From positions 11,656,001 to 11,720,000 of the forward strand of contig OX597838.1 in assembly GCA_951406725.2 (NCBI GenBank): a stretch of DNA of 64,000 bases. The letters run 5' to 3'. Source of the stretch: Octopus vulgaris. Lineage: Eukaryota. Every line of letters begins with the position of its first letter. Position 1 is the first letter of the stretch. Both the position numbers and the translations under genes were made by a program. This document shows positions 11,791 through 24,819 of this stretch, piece by piece. Below the pieces are notes generated by a model. That model ran no database searches. It saw only the letters and a list, made by a program, of their open reading frames with translations, and was not told where the DNA came from.

Positions 11791-12382
11791 TACTACAGAC
11801 TTTATTCGCATTCCTTGGCATAAATCATGAATAACTTTTAATACAGGTGTAAATTGTCATCCTTTTTGAAAACTCAAGAGCATCTTCAACAATCTTGTTG
11901 TTTGTTCCTTCTCGAGCCATGCCTGGCTCATAAGGACCAGTTTCCCGGTTTCTTGGCGTATAGGTTCCCCACCTGGACGGGACACCAGTCCATCACAGGT
12001 GAGCTGCAAGATGCAGGAGGAAAGAGTGAGAGAAAGTTGTGGCAAAAGAGTCAGCAGAAGTTCACCATTACCTTCTGCCGGAGCCGTGTGGAGCTTAGGT
12101 GTTTCGCTCATAAACACACACACACCGCCCGGTCTGAGATTCGAACCCGCGATCCCTCGACCACTAGGCCATGTGACGGGTTCTTTCAGTTTCTATTTGC
12201 CAGATCCACTTACAAGGCTTTGGTCGGCCCAGAGTTTCAGTAGAAGACACTTGCCCAAGGTTCTATGCAGGGAGATTGAACGTGGAACCGTGTGGTTGGG
12301 AAGCAAACTTCTAGTAAACAATTTTTATAAAACTGTCCTTTATATTTAACACTCATCAAAGTATGCTCGTAAAAAATAATTC

Positions 12383-12802
12383 GGCAATCTTTCGTCTCTA
12401 GTAGACCTTTCCGTCGATTTCTGTAAAAAAATTTTTTTTTTTTACATATGGGCTTGCGGGAACTTTTGAAGTAATGAGAGCGAAAGACACTAAGAGAAAG
12501 CGATTGTATGACGAGGGAAGTTCTTTTGAAGTTACCGTGCATGTGAAGCATTGATGTACATGTGTGTGTGTGTTTGATGGGGTGTGGGAGACAGACAGTA
12601 TGTTGTGTAAGTGAAGTGCTTCTGTTAGTGTGTGTGTGAAGAGACAGAATAATGTGTGAAAGAGAGAGATAACTGAAATTTTTACTCGGTGTATGTGTAT
12701 ATGTATGTATATTACTTCAAAAGTTCCCGCAAGCCCATATGTAAAAAAAAAAAATTTTTTACGGAAATCGACGGAAAGGTCTACTAGAGACGAAAGATCG
12801 CC
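12383..12802. mobile_element. MITE, Merlin-like
   Basis: ~93-bp TIRs starting GGC(A/G)ATC and an 8-bp TSD AATAATTC (12375-12382 / 12803-12810). Confidence 0.8.
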
Positions 12803-13849
12803 AATAATTCTTACTATACAAGTCTATATTATCTATATAGAATGTATATTGCGTTGATACATTTATTTTTTAGCTGAATTTTTGACAGCATGGGTATACT
12901 AGTATTGTACGTACTGACACAATCCATAGAAACTCTGTATCTCAAGTCGTTCTAGAATATTATAGCAGGTCAGCTAGTTTAGATTTGATGTTGACGTCTA
13001 TCTAATTAGACCAAACCCAACCCAAAGTTGCCAGTCTACAGCTAAAGATTCGTCGCTCTCCATATCTCACGAATTTCAATTAATTAAATTTCCGGCCTTA
13101 TGATATCAAGTCCACTTTAGTTTAGTTTTAATTCCTAAGCATTCCAACAGCCACCCGTCATTTTGTGTGTGTTTCTGTGTTCTTCAGTTGTCCGTTACAT
13201 AATAATCCTTAGTGATTTACGTTTCAAAATGCTATATAAATCGTGTATTTCCCAAAATTGTTGTCAACCAGCTGCTACAAACCTTCCCGGCATCCACCAC
13301 AATACTTTCTTTACCGTCTCTAAACCCCTCCGTCGCTTATCTTTCTCTTTTGCTTACTCTAACTCTATTTGTAGCTATTTCTGTCTCGTTATCACAGCTT
13401 TTTCCCTCTCTATTTGTCCATCTGCCTGTCCTCTTTCTTGTATTCCTCTCACACAATCTTCGTATTTCTTTTCTCTTCCCCACTTCGTCTCTCAATCTCT
13501 AACTTTCACTATCCGTTACCATTCGTTCGCGTAAGCCTTACCCGCTAAAACCTTTCTCTTCGGTCACCCCTTCGCCCTTAACCATCTCTCACTCTACCAG
13601 TCCCACCCTTTGCCCAATTCTCACTTTGTGTCTCTGCCTGTCCCCAATTCTCTTTACGCTATCACTTCCCTTTTTATCTATTTGCCTGTCTTTCACCACC
13701 CCTCTTTCTACTATCTCACTTTTTCTAATGATACCCATACACACATACACATACATATACTCTCTCTTTGTTTATACCCTCTGTCTACTACTTCTCCCCC
13801 CCCCCCTAGTCCCTCTCTCCGTATCCCTATCATCCACCTCTTTCTCCTC

Positions 13850-14387
13850 TACCTCTATTCATCTGTCTATCTATAATCTCTCCTTCCTTTCGTTGCATCA
13901 TCGAAAAATACCAGCCAATTTCTTACGTCGCACCCGCCTTCGCTCACTCCAACTTCACTTCACACTCACACTCACCTCTTTACCGTCGTATGCTCCCACC
14001 ACTACTCCCACGCTGCGACCACCTCCCACTCCCACAGCCACTCATACTCCTACTACTCCCACTCACCTCCTCCTCCCTCCTCCTTCCTCATTCAGCAATT
14101 TAAGCCAAAATGTCGGCCGTCTGCTTCGTCGTGTTGTGTTGTGCAGTAGGCAAGTCTCCGTGATCGGAGCCATTACACCACCCTCTGCAAACACTGACAC
14201 ACAGAAAGGAGAGGCCAGGGCAACTGACTAAGGAACCTACTAATCTATACACACGAAAACCCGATAATAATAATAATATATAGGCGAAACCTCTTTACCC
14301 CATCCATGTCTTAAATCATAGTCAAAAAAATTCATTATCATTTAATAATAATAATAATCACAATCCCCGAGACCCAACAGGAATGCG
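13850..14387 (+). promoter_or_regulatory. Putative promoter/5'UTR of the PLEKHM2-like gene
   Basis: Non-repetitive, pyrimidine-rich, CpG-retaining stretch immediately upstream of coding exon 1. The TSS cannot be determined from sequence. Confidence 0.4.
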
Positions 14388-14471
14388 ATGAAGAATACCA
14401 TGACAAGCTCAGCAGATCGAATGCGTCTTAAGGATAAGATTATTACCAACGTTGCTCGAGCTATCAAAGGG
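14388..14471 (+). CDS. PLEKHM2: PLEKHM2/SKIP-like, coding exon 1 (MKNTMTSSADRMRLKDKIITNVARAIKG)
   Basis: ATG at 14388 and donor GTAAGC at 14472 (phase 0). KDKIITNVARAIKG resembles the SKIP N-terminus KDRILENISLSVKK (recalled). The true start may be M5 or M12. Confidence 0.8.
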
Positions 14472-14504
14472 GTAAGCCCACTTCATAATCCTTCCTTCTG
14501 CTTC

Positions 14505-14506
<2 letters not shown>

Positions 14507-14563
<57 letters not shown>

Positions 14564-14805
14564 GTGTGTGTTTGGGTGTGTGTCTGTGTGTGTGTGTATG
14601 TTTGAGTGTGTGTATGTATGTCTGTGTGTATGTATGTGTGTGTATGTATGTGTGTGTGTATGTATGTGTGTGTATGTATGTATGTGTGTGTGTGTATGTA
14701 TATGTGTGTGTATGTATGTGTGTGTGTATGTATATGTGTGTGTGTCTGTGTGTGTATGTATGTATGTATATGTGTGTGTATGTATGTATGTATGTGTGTG
14801 TGTGT
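14507..14805. repeat. (GT)n/(GTAT)n compound microsatellite
   Basis: Direct reading. Confidence 0.95.
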
Positions 14806-15387
14806 GGTAAACGAAGGCCGTGTGACTAAGAAGTTCGCTGCGCAATCCCGAGGTCCTGGGCTCGATACTATTGCGTATCATCTGCCAGTGGCTTTTATCA
14901 AGAGCATCAGGTCGACGCAAGGTGGTCTGTAAGCTTTAATTCGAAGGCCCAATCCCTTTGTCTTTATACCCTGTATATATATCATATGGATTCTACCTGT
15001 CAATTATGTGGAACACTCGGCCACTTACACTTTAGATTTAAACAAGGAGATAGTTCAGTCGATCGATACACACAATACATACAGATATATATTGTCATTC
15101 GTATTTATAATATATGTTTATGTCACATGTATATATAATACATTATCTAGTATGTGTGTGTGTGTGTGTATCTATTAATTGAATTGTAATATACCTGTTA
15201 CGTACATCTGTTGGTATGGCATGTGTATGTGTATGTATGTGAATATATATATATGTATATATCTATTATGTATATCTACAATAAATATATATATATATAT
15301 TCAATATATGGTATGTATATTGTGTATATACTATACTGTATGTATAATATAAATGGATATCTTTCTATTTATCTATCTATCTGTCTG

Positions 15388-15445
<58 letters not shown>

Positions 15446-15599
15446 GATCTATCTATCTATCTGTCTATCTATCTGTCTATCTGTCTGTCTATCGCATTAT
15501 ACATGTACACATAACATATTCATATACATCTTACCAAATACATCACCATGCATCATATTGCTCATAGAAAGTATATAATTATATATTCATTGTGTGTGT

Positions 15600-15623
15600 G
15601 TATATATAGATATGTAAGTATGA

Positions 15624-15658
<35 letters not shown>

Positions 15659-16005
15659 ATATATGTATGTATCATCGTTTAACGTCCGTTCCCCATGCTA
15701 GCATGGGTTGGACCAAATATATATAAATATATGTATGCATATATATATATATAAATATAGGTATGTATATATATATAAATATAGGTATGTATATATATAT
15801 ACATATATGTATGTATATATATATAAATAAATATATGTATGTATGTATATATATATATGTATGTATATATATATATATGTATATGTATATATATATATGT
15901 ATGATTATGTATGTATATATATATATGTATGATTATATATATATGTATATATATATATGTATGATTATATATATATGTATATATATATATGTATGATTAT
16001 ATATG

Positions 16006-16036
<31 letters not shown>

Positions 16037-16280
16037 GTATATATATACGTATATATATATGTGTGTATATATATATGTGTGTATATATATATGTATGTAT
16101 ATATGTGTGTATATATATATGTATATATATATATATGTATATGTGTGTATATATATATGTATATATATATGTATATGTGTGTATATATATATGTATATAT
16201 ATATATATATGTATATGTGTGTATATATATATTATATGTATGTGTATATATGTATGTATATGTATGTATATATATGTATG

Positions 16281-16313
<33 letters not shown>

Positions 16314-16314
16314 G

Positions 16315-16395
<81 letters not shown>

Positions 16396-16545
16396 ATGTA
16401 TGTATATATATATATATATATGTATGTATATATATATATATATGTATGTATATGTGTATATATATATATATGTATATATATATGTATGCATATATATGTA
16501 TATATATATAAGTATGTATATATATGTATGAGTGTATATATATAT
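15600..16545. repeat. ~0.9-kb (TA)n/(TATG)n compound microsatellite
   Basis: Direct reading. Confidence 0.95.
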
Positions 16546-17172
16546 TTATCATCATCATCATTTAATGTCTGCTTTCCATGCTAGCATGGGTTGGATGATT
16601 TCATTGAGGACTGGTGAACCAGATGGCTGCACCAGGCTCCAATCTTGATCTGGCAAAGTTCCTACAGCTGGATGCCCTTCCTAACGCCAACCACTCCAAG
16701 AGTGTAGTGGGTGCTTTTATGTGCCACCGGCACGAGTGCCAGTCAGGTGGTACTGGCAATGGCCACGACAAAATCGTGTTTTCTTTTTCTTTACGTGTCA
16801 CCTGCACACCGGCACAAGTTCCAGTAAGGTGACGCTGGTAACGATCACGCTCGAATGGTGCTTTTTGCATGTCACTGGCACGAACCACAGTTAGCCACTC
16901 TGGCAACAATCACGCTTGGATGGTGCTATGACCGTGTGTGTATCATTGGCGATTTTTTTTCCTCCGTCTTCCCTTCCTTGGACTTTTCCTTTTTTCTAAT
17001 CTTGGAGTGGTTGGCATTAGGAAGGGCATCCAGCTGTAGAAACTTTGCCAGATCAAGATTGGCGCTTGGTGCAGCCATCTGGTTCACCAGTCCTCAGTGA
17101 AATCATCCAACCCATGCTAGCATGGAAAGCGGATGTTAAACAATGATGATGATAAATATATATATATACACT

Positions 17173-17228
<56 letters not shown>

Positions 17229-17353
17229 GGGCTCCGCTCGAAACATTAAATCCTCCTACTTTTTACCCTTTTCTGAGCGTCCAATAACACTATACTTGTT
17301 CCATGTCCTCGCGTTGTTGTATTTTCTCTTTGTGTTTTCATGTTTGGATTAAC

Positions 17354-17385
<32 letters not shown>

Positions 17386-17731
17386 TATCAGCAGTCCCAC
17401 CCATGCCAGCAGATATGTACATGTGTTTACATATGTATATATATATATATATATATATGTAGATCAAAGTACTGGTGAGGATATAAACCTCAGAGGGATA
17501 AAAATATCAAAAATTATACTTCTTGAATACCTATAGGCATATTCATATATATATATATATATATTAATATTATTAAAAACCAAGAGAGAAAATAGAATAG
17601 ATTAATACAAGTTTATTATTAATAAACTTTTATTAATCTTGTTTCCATATTCTCTCTGGATTTTTAGTTTTATATATATATATATATGTATATACATATA
17701 TATGTACGCACACACACACACACACATATAT

Positions 17732-17777
<46 letters not shown>

Positions 17778-17963
17778 TACTCACTCCAAAAGTTTCTTTT
17801 ATTCTCTCTGTGTTTATTTCCTTTCTATTGAAGAGTGTTCGCTTGAAATGTAAGACTTTCTCACCTTCCCAAGTGTCAAACTAATACACCTACATGCTGT
17901 TTATACACCTGACTTTGTCTTTTGTTTTTCTGTAAATTTCAACTATATATATAGACATATGCA

Positions 17964-18022
<59 letters not shown>

Positions 18023-18032
18023 ATCTATATAT

Positions 18033-18236
18033 ACCGAGTAAACACATAAATGTGAAACAAGATGGAAAAAAGTGTACTCAAATACCAGGGGTAGAGTAAT
18101 ATGCTTTATTTAAAGCAGTAGAAAATTCAACAAAACCTGTTACTCTGAGTTTCACATTCCCTGTCCGACGAACGGGAACGTGAAAATCAGAGTAACAGGT
18201 TTTGTTGAATTTTCTGCTGCTTTAAATAAAGTATAT
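18033..18236. mobile_element. Fold-back element (arms within 18099-18236) with a hammerhead-like motif at 18161-18198
   Basis: ~63-bp arms plus a unique extension, between TA/TATC tracts. ctgt-CCGACGA-acg(ggaa)cgt-GAAA(a/c)tcagaGTA-acag. Confidence 0.6.
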
Positions 18237-18243
18237 CTATATA

Positions 18244-18283
<40 letters not shown>

Positions 18284-18823
18284 TATATATTTGTATATAT
18301 AAATATATGTGTCATTATTTTTATGTATGTATAGATGCCTTTATATATGTATCTGTATATATTTATATGTATATGTTTGTATATACATGTGTATATACCC
18401 ATATAATGTAGAAATATATGTTTATATTTATGTATATACATATGTGTGTATGTATGTAGATAATATGCAAACCTATAGATATATGTAAGAAAATATACAT
18501 ATTTATGTATGGGTATATAAACATATGTGTGTGTATATATACATGTATGTGTCTGTGTGTGTGTGTATATATGAATATATATTCTTTTATTCTTTCTTTT
18601 ACTTGTTTCAATTATTTGACTGCGGCCATGCTGGAGCACTGCCTCTCGTCGTCGAACAAATCAACCCCAGGACATATTCTTTGTAAGCCTAGTACTTATT
18701 CTGTCAACCTCTTTTGCCGAACTGCTGAGTTATGGGGACGTAATACATTGGTTGTCAAGTGATGGAGGGACGACAAATACAGACACACACACACACACAC
18801 ACACAAATATATATGTACATGCA

Positions 18824-20604
18824 TCATCATCATCGTTTAATGTGCGCTTTCCATGCTAGCATGGGTTGGACGATTTGACTGAGGTTTGGTGAACCAGATG
18901 GCTGCACCGGACTCCAATTTGATCTGGCAGAGTTTCTACTGCTGGATGCCCTTCCTAACGCCAACCACTCCGAGAGTGTAGTGGGTGCTTTTACGTGCCA
19001 CTGGCACAAGGGCCAGTTAGGTGGAACTGGCAACATCCACGCTCAAATGGTGCTTTTTATGTGCAACTTGCACAGGAGCCAGTCCAGCGATACTGGCAAC
19101 GACCTCTCTCAAATGTTTTTTACATGTGCTATCAGCACAAGTGCTAGTAAGGTGATGCAGGTAACGATCATGCTTGAATGGTGTTTTTAACGTGCCATCG
19201 GCACGGAGGCCAGCTTGTTGCTCTGGCAATGATCTCACTCGTATGGTACTCTTAGCGCTCCACTAGCAATGGAGGCCAGTCACCGAGTTTGATTTCGATT
19301 TTGATTTCACTTGCCTCAACTGGTCTTCACAAGCAGAATTTAGTGGCCAATGAAGAAAAGGCACGCATAAGTGGACTGGTTACACCCCTGGCATAGGCCA
19401 CAAGGTTATGGTCTTACTTGCGCTTGCCGAGTCTTCTCAAGCACAGCATATTTCCAGAGGTCCCAGTCACTAGTCATTGCCTTGGTGAGGCCTAATGTTT
19501 GAAGGTCATGCTTCACCACCTCATCCCAGGTTCCCTTAACTGCTAGGGTGTGCGCTTTTACACACAGCTATCCACATCCATTCTCGCCACATGACCATAC
19601 CAGCGCAGTCGTCTCTCTTGCACACCACATCTGATGCTTCTTAGGTCCAACATTTCTCTGAAGGCACTAACACTCTGTCTAGTATGCACACTGACATTAC
19701 ACATCCATCGGAGCATGCTGGCTTCATTCCTTGCGAGCGTACGCATGTCCTCAGCAGTCACGGCCCATGTTTCACTGCCATGTAGCATGGCTGTTTGTAC
19801 ACATGCGTCGTACAGTCTACCTTTTACTCTGAGCGAGAGGCTCTTTGTCACCAGCAAAGCTAAGAGCTCTCTGAACTTAGCCCAGGCTATTCTTATTCTA
19901 GCAGCTACACTTTCAGTGTACCCTCCCTGGCTACTGACTTGGTCACCTAGGTAACAGAAGCTATCAACTACTTCTAGTTTTTCTCCCTGGAATGTGGCAG
20001 TTGTTATCTACACATTTTCAGTGTTATTTATAGCTCCCGAGTATTTACCACATACAAAAACTATCTTCCCAGTTAGCCTTCCTTTCATATTGCTGCACCT
20101 CTTATGTGTCCATAGCTTACACTGGGTACATCTTATAGAGTTTCTACCTACGCCTTTTCTACAGATCGAGCAGGGCCATCTACCTGAAGGGACTTGTGGT
20201 TTGCCTGTCTTCCTACTTATTAAGACTTCGGTTTTAGCTAGGTTGACTCTAAGGTCCTTCGATTCTAATCCTTGCTTCTACACCTGAAGCTTTTTGTCTA
20301 GGTCTGATAGTGACTCAGCAATTAGTGCAAGGTCATCAGCATAGAGGAGCTCCCAGAGCTGTTATTGCCTGGAGGACTATGATGAATATGAGGGGTCTGA
20401 GGACCAATCCTTGGTGGACTCCTACCTCTACCCGGAATTCTTCACTGTACTCATTGCCAAATCTCACTTTGCTGACAGCATCCCTGTACATGGCTTGCAC
20501 AGCTCTCACTAATCATTCACATATCCCTAGTTTCCTCATTGACCACCAGATAAGGGATCAGGGAACCCTGTCAAAGGCTTTCTCCATGTCAACAAAAGCC
20601 AGGT
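18824..20604 (-). mobile_element. RTE-clade LINE 3' part (RT with PHD insert, 3'UTR minisatellite, (TGA)n tail)
   Basis: AFVDMEKAFDRVP, GVHQG, LLYADDL, LEVVDSFCYLGD, LHGSETW, RRLRWYGHVARM. Stops present. Confidence 0.9.
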
Positions 20605-21449
20605 ATATATATGCAGGATTGATAGCTTGGCTACGTATATCTAAGTCATTGACAGAAAGCAATGCATATTACAATCTCATGAAAAACCTTGGAGAGGTGC
20701 AAGCCTCATTTTAATAGTAACAGGAAGTACAGGCTATGCCTAGCCAAGTAAAGAATTGTATCAAAAGATTCTCTTCACCTGGATATCTACCTAAACTGCA
20801 GAAACAAGATATTCAGCCAGTGCCCACATGACAGAAGGTACATGATGGCTTACTTATGGGCTATACCATGACCATAAATGCTAGGACCTCCCCTATCAGT
20901 CCTACCATTATCACATTCTGAGAACCCTTCAATGTTTTGACCAAATCACATATGCATACACATCCAAATATGAGGTTAAATATTTGGGAACCTGCCCGAT
21001 TCTCACATAAAAAAAAACTCCTATACATATATCAACCCTACACGCATACAAATTCTACCTCTATACACACATATCAACCTTACAGACATGCCAACCCCTT
21101 CAGCTACCCCTGCACTCATATTTACTCACCAGACTCTTGCTGCATCAGAACTCACTCAAGTTTTTTTGAGCAATCACTCAGCTTATTGTCTTCTGTGACT
21201 TTGTTTTGTCTTTTTCACAGTGCCCACAAACCAGATGTGACACTTCCTCACACCAATAACGGAGAACAGTTGCCATATTTTTTCATACCTGCCATCCCTG
21301 AAGAGCACATGTATTAGATAACCACCCAGTTATCTAACACCCATGTAGTGCGAAATCATAATGTATTTGTGTGTGTGTATGTATGCGTATGCATATATTG
21401 GGACAGACTTGGAAAGACTGGAAGGTTTGTGGCAGTAGGGAACACTACA

Positions 21450-22570
21450 TAATGACTTGAAGGGCATCTAGGTGTTAGTTGTACCTGACTAAAGGCAAGG
21501 GAGAACGGTAGAGATTAGCACATGTCCTGCAGCATGAAGATCAGTGGCTGGAAATGTTTAGGATTGTGAGACAATTGGTGAAAAGTATATTCAGAATGAT
21601 GAAAGCAAAGTTGCTATTGATATAGAAGAAACCGGTGTGGAAGTGCTATTATAAAAGGCCGAAGGTGTAAAATACATAGGATAAGCAAGGATTATTCCAT
21701 GCTGACTCCAGAGAAGGACCTGCGATTCAAGTTGATTGCTGAAAGCCACAAGTCCATTGGAGATAGTTGCAGAAACAACTTAAAATAACTGGGGAAGTAA
21801 GATACAAGACTATTGCCTGGATAGTTAATCAAGCCACCCAGGAAGGTGATAAAGTAGACCAGGGTAAGACACAGTTTGGCTTTGCTCCTGGAAAAGAAAC
21901 CATATATGAAATCTTCCTAGTGAGGCAACGGCAGGAGAAATATCTGGCTAAGAATAACCCACAATTTCTGGCATTTGTTGATCTGGAGAAAGCATTTGAC
22001 ATAGTACCATACTCAATAATAAGGGTGGTCATTGAAAGAACTAGGTGTTGATGAATTTGGGTTGTGGGAGCTGTGCCAGCCATATACTAAAATGCAGTAA
22101 AGTGAGAGTCAGCAATGACTTTAGTGACAAATTTAGCAAGACTATGATGAATATGAGGGGCCTGAGGACTAATCCTTGGTGGACCCCTACCTCTATCTGG
22201 AATTCTTCACTGTACTCGTTGCCAAATCTCACCTTACTGATAGAATCCCTATACATGGCTTGCACAGCTCTCACTAATCACTCATCTATCCCTAGTTTCC
22301 TCATTGACCACCAGATAAGGGATCAGGGGACCCTGTTAAAGGCGTCCATCAATGTTCTGTTCTCAGTCCTCTTCTGTTCATCATAGTTTTATAAACTGTC
22401 ACAGGATTTTAAGTCTGACCGTCCACGAGAATTCCTATATGCTGATCTATTTTTGATACCTAAATCTCTAAAGAAATTAGTGAAGGAATTCCAGGCATGG
22501 AAGCTAAACCTAGAATTGAGTGGCCTTGAGGTAAACCTAACAAAGACAAAGGATTTAGTTAGTAGAGGTG
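21450..22570. mobile_element. Scrambled RTE RT fragments in both orientations
   Basis: + strand QFGFAPGKET...DLEKAFD, - strand GVHQG block at 22130-22345, + strand LYADL. Confidence 0.7.
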
Positions 22571-23528
22571 GATGCATATTCTGAGAATGTGTCTGTGTTT
22601 GTACAAGTAAATTTTCTCAAAATCACAGCCCTTCCATCTTAAAAAGAAAAGGACACATTGTATGCTATATCTAAATAACAACTAAAGACTGGCTGGTTGT
22701 CATAGAGTGTGTCTGTGTTTGTACCCCCATCATCGCTCGACAACCGATGTTGCTGTGTTTATGTCCCCGTAACTTATCCTTTTGGCAAAACACACTGATA
22801 GAATAAGTACTAGGCTTATCAAAATCACAGCCCTTCCATCTTAAAAAAAGAAAAGGACACATTGTATACTATATCTAAACAACAACTAAAGACTGGCTGG
22901 TTGTCATAGTGTGTGTCTGTGTTTGTACCCCCATCATCGCTCGACAACCGATGTTGCTGTGTTTATGTCCCCGTAACTTATCCTTTTGGCAAAACACACT
23001 GATAGAATAAGTACTAGGCTTATAGAGAATAAATCCTGGGGTCGATTTCTTTGACTAAAGGTGATACTCCAGCATGGCCGCAGCCACATGACCAAAGCAA
23101 GTAAAACAATAAAAAAACTATGGCATTTAATCCCAAGCAACGCCAGGTATCTCTGCTAGTCCGGAATAAGACATAAAATGATTAATTATTAGATATAATT
23201 GGGTAATAGTTATAATAATTACAGTAATAATATATTTTCCCAGTATATTGACTTCCAATATTTTGTCTAATGATAAAAATGTTTGCAACACATATCTTGA
23301 TGACGTAGCATGCAAATACCATGACTGCAGTTAATTTCCAGTACTATCACGTGAGCTAACATATTAACATACATATGCACACATATAAACAAAAGCAGAT
23401 ACACAGGCAATGTTTTTATGGAATATTAATGTGTGTGCAAATAAATTTAACACACACATGCACATAAATAAATAGCAATAAAAGACACAAATATATAATG
23501 TTTTTATTTTTTTATTTTATTTTAACAT

Positions 23529-23718
23529 GCACAGGAGTGGCTGTGTGGTAAGTAGCTTGCTAACCAACCACATGGTTCCGGGTTCAGTCCCACTGCGGGG
23601 CATCTTGGGCAGGTGTCTTCTGCTATAGCCCCGGGCCGACCAATGCCTTGTGAGTGGATTTGGTAGACGGAAACTGAAAGAAGCCTGTCGTATATATATA
23701 TATATGTGTGTGTGTTTG

Positions 23719-23749
<31 letters not shown>

Positions 23750-23928
23750 ATGTGTTTGTCCCCCTAGCATTGCTGGTGTGTTTACGTCCCCGTCACTTAG
23801 CGGTTTGGCAAAATAGACCGATAGAATAAGTACTGGGCTTACAAAGAATAAGTCCTGGGGTCGAGTTGCTCGACTAAAGGCGGTACTCCAGCATGGCCAC
23901 AGTCAAATGACTGAAACAATTAAAATAG
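23529..23928 (+). mobile_element. SINE family A
   Basis: Near full-length copy. Confidence 0.9.
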
Positions 23929-24819
23929 TATGCACATGCACATCCATTGTTGTCGTGATGAGTCCGTTGATGACCACCCAATCGATTATGATGTGATTCT
24001 CTTTGTATCTGATTCTCACTCTGAGGAAATATTTAACTCGCTATTTCAAGATGCAATTTTTGATTTTTAATTCAGTAATTTGTAATTGAATGAGTTGAGT
24101 ATGGAAACAATTATAGGTAACAAAGAATTTTGACAATATGTTAATAAATAGGATTTTATTGGTTAAAATTCTCCATGACACCATTATCTCTTATAAATAT
24201 ATATATATATATATATATATAAATGTATGTATATATGTATATATATGTGTGTGTGTGTGTATAGGAAACTAGTCCATTAGAAAATCTCTGTTCGAGATAG
24301 AAGCAGTGTACGAACCAAAATAGTAGTGTTCATTACTACTTTAACATGACTGTTCTCTAAGAGAAGACGATACTGCTATTTTAACCCTAGGAAGACATCT
24401 GCAGCTGGTTAATTCAGTGTGCTTTCATACTACTGCCACCCTAGTTTCGAGACCATCAGACCATGTGATTTCAATCTTATTGGAGCATTTCAGTGGTGGG
24501 CACTCATTTGGTAAGCATGGTAGTAGTCTAACCTCACTTGCAATATGTAGAAAATGCAGTGTCATACAATCCACTAATTTTGTAATTAGGAAACAAGTCC
24601 GTTAGAAAATCTCTATTTGAGATAGAAGCAGTATGTCTGAGTTTGTCCCCCACCACTGCTTGATAATTAGTGTTGGTGTGTTTATGTCCCTGTAAAAGTC
24701 CAGGGGTCAATTTGTTTGACTAAAACCCTTGAAGGTGGTGCTCCAGTGTAGCTGCAGTGAAAATGACTGAAACAAGTAAAAGATAAAAGATATAAATAAA
24801 TTATATATATATATATATA

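Noticed and set aside
13626-14231. 201-aa ORF upstream of exon 1
   Set aside because: Low-complexity pyrimidine-rich sequence with no recognisable domain.
14472-16584. Long ORFs rich in CV/YI/HT dipeptides
   Set aside because: These are translations of (GT)n and (TA)n microsatellites.
20640-20850. Restriction-like endonuclease LINE (R4/Dong type) C-terminus
   Set aside because: Only a weak IVTGSTG...LQK resemblance, too decayed to support.
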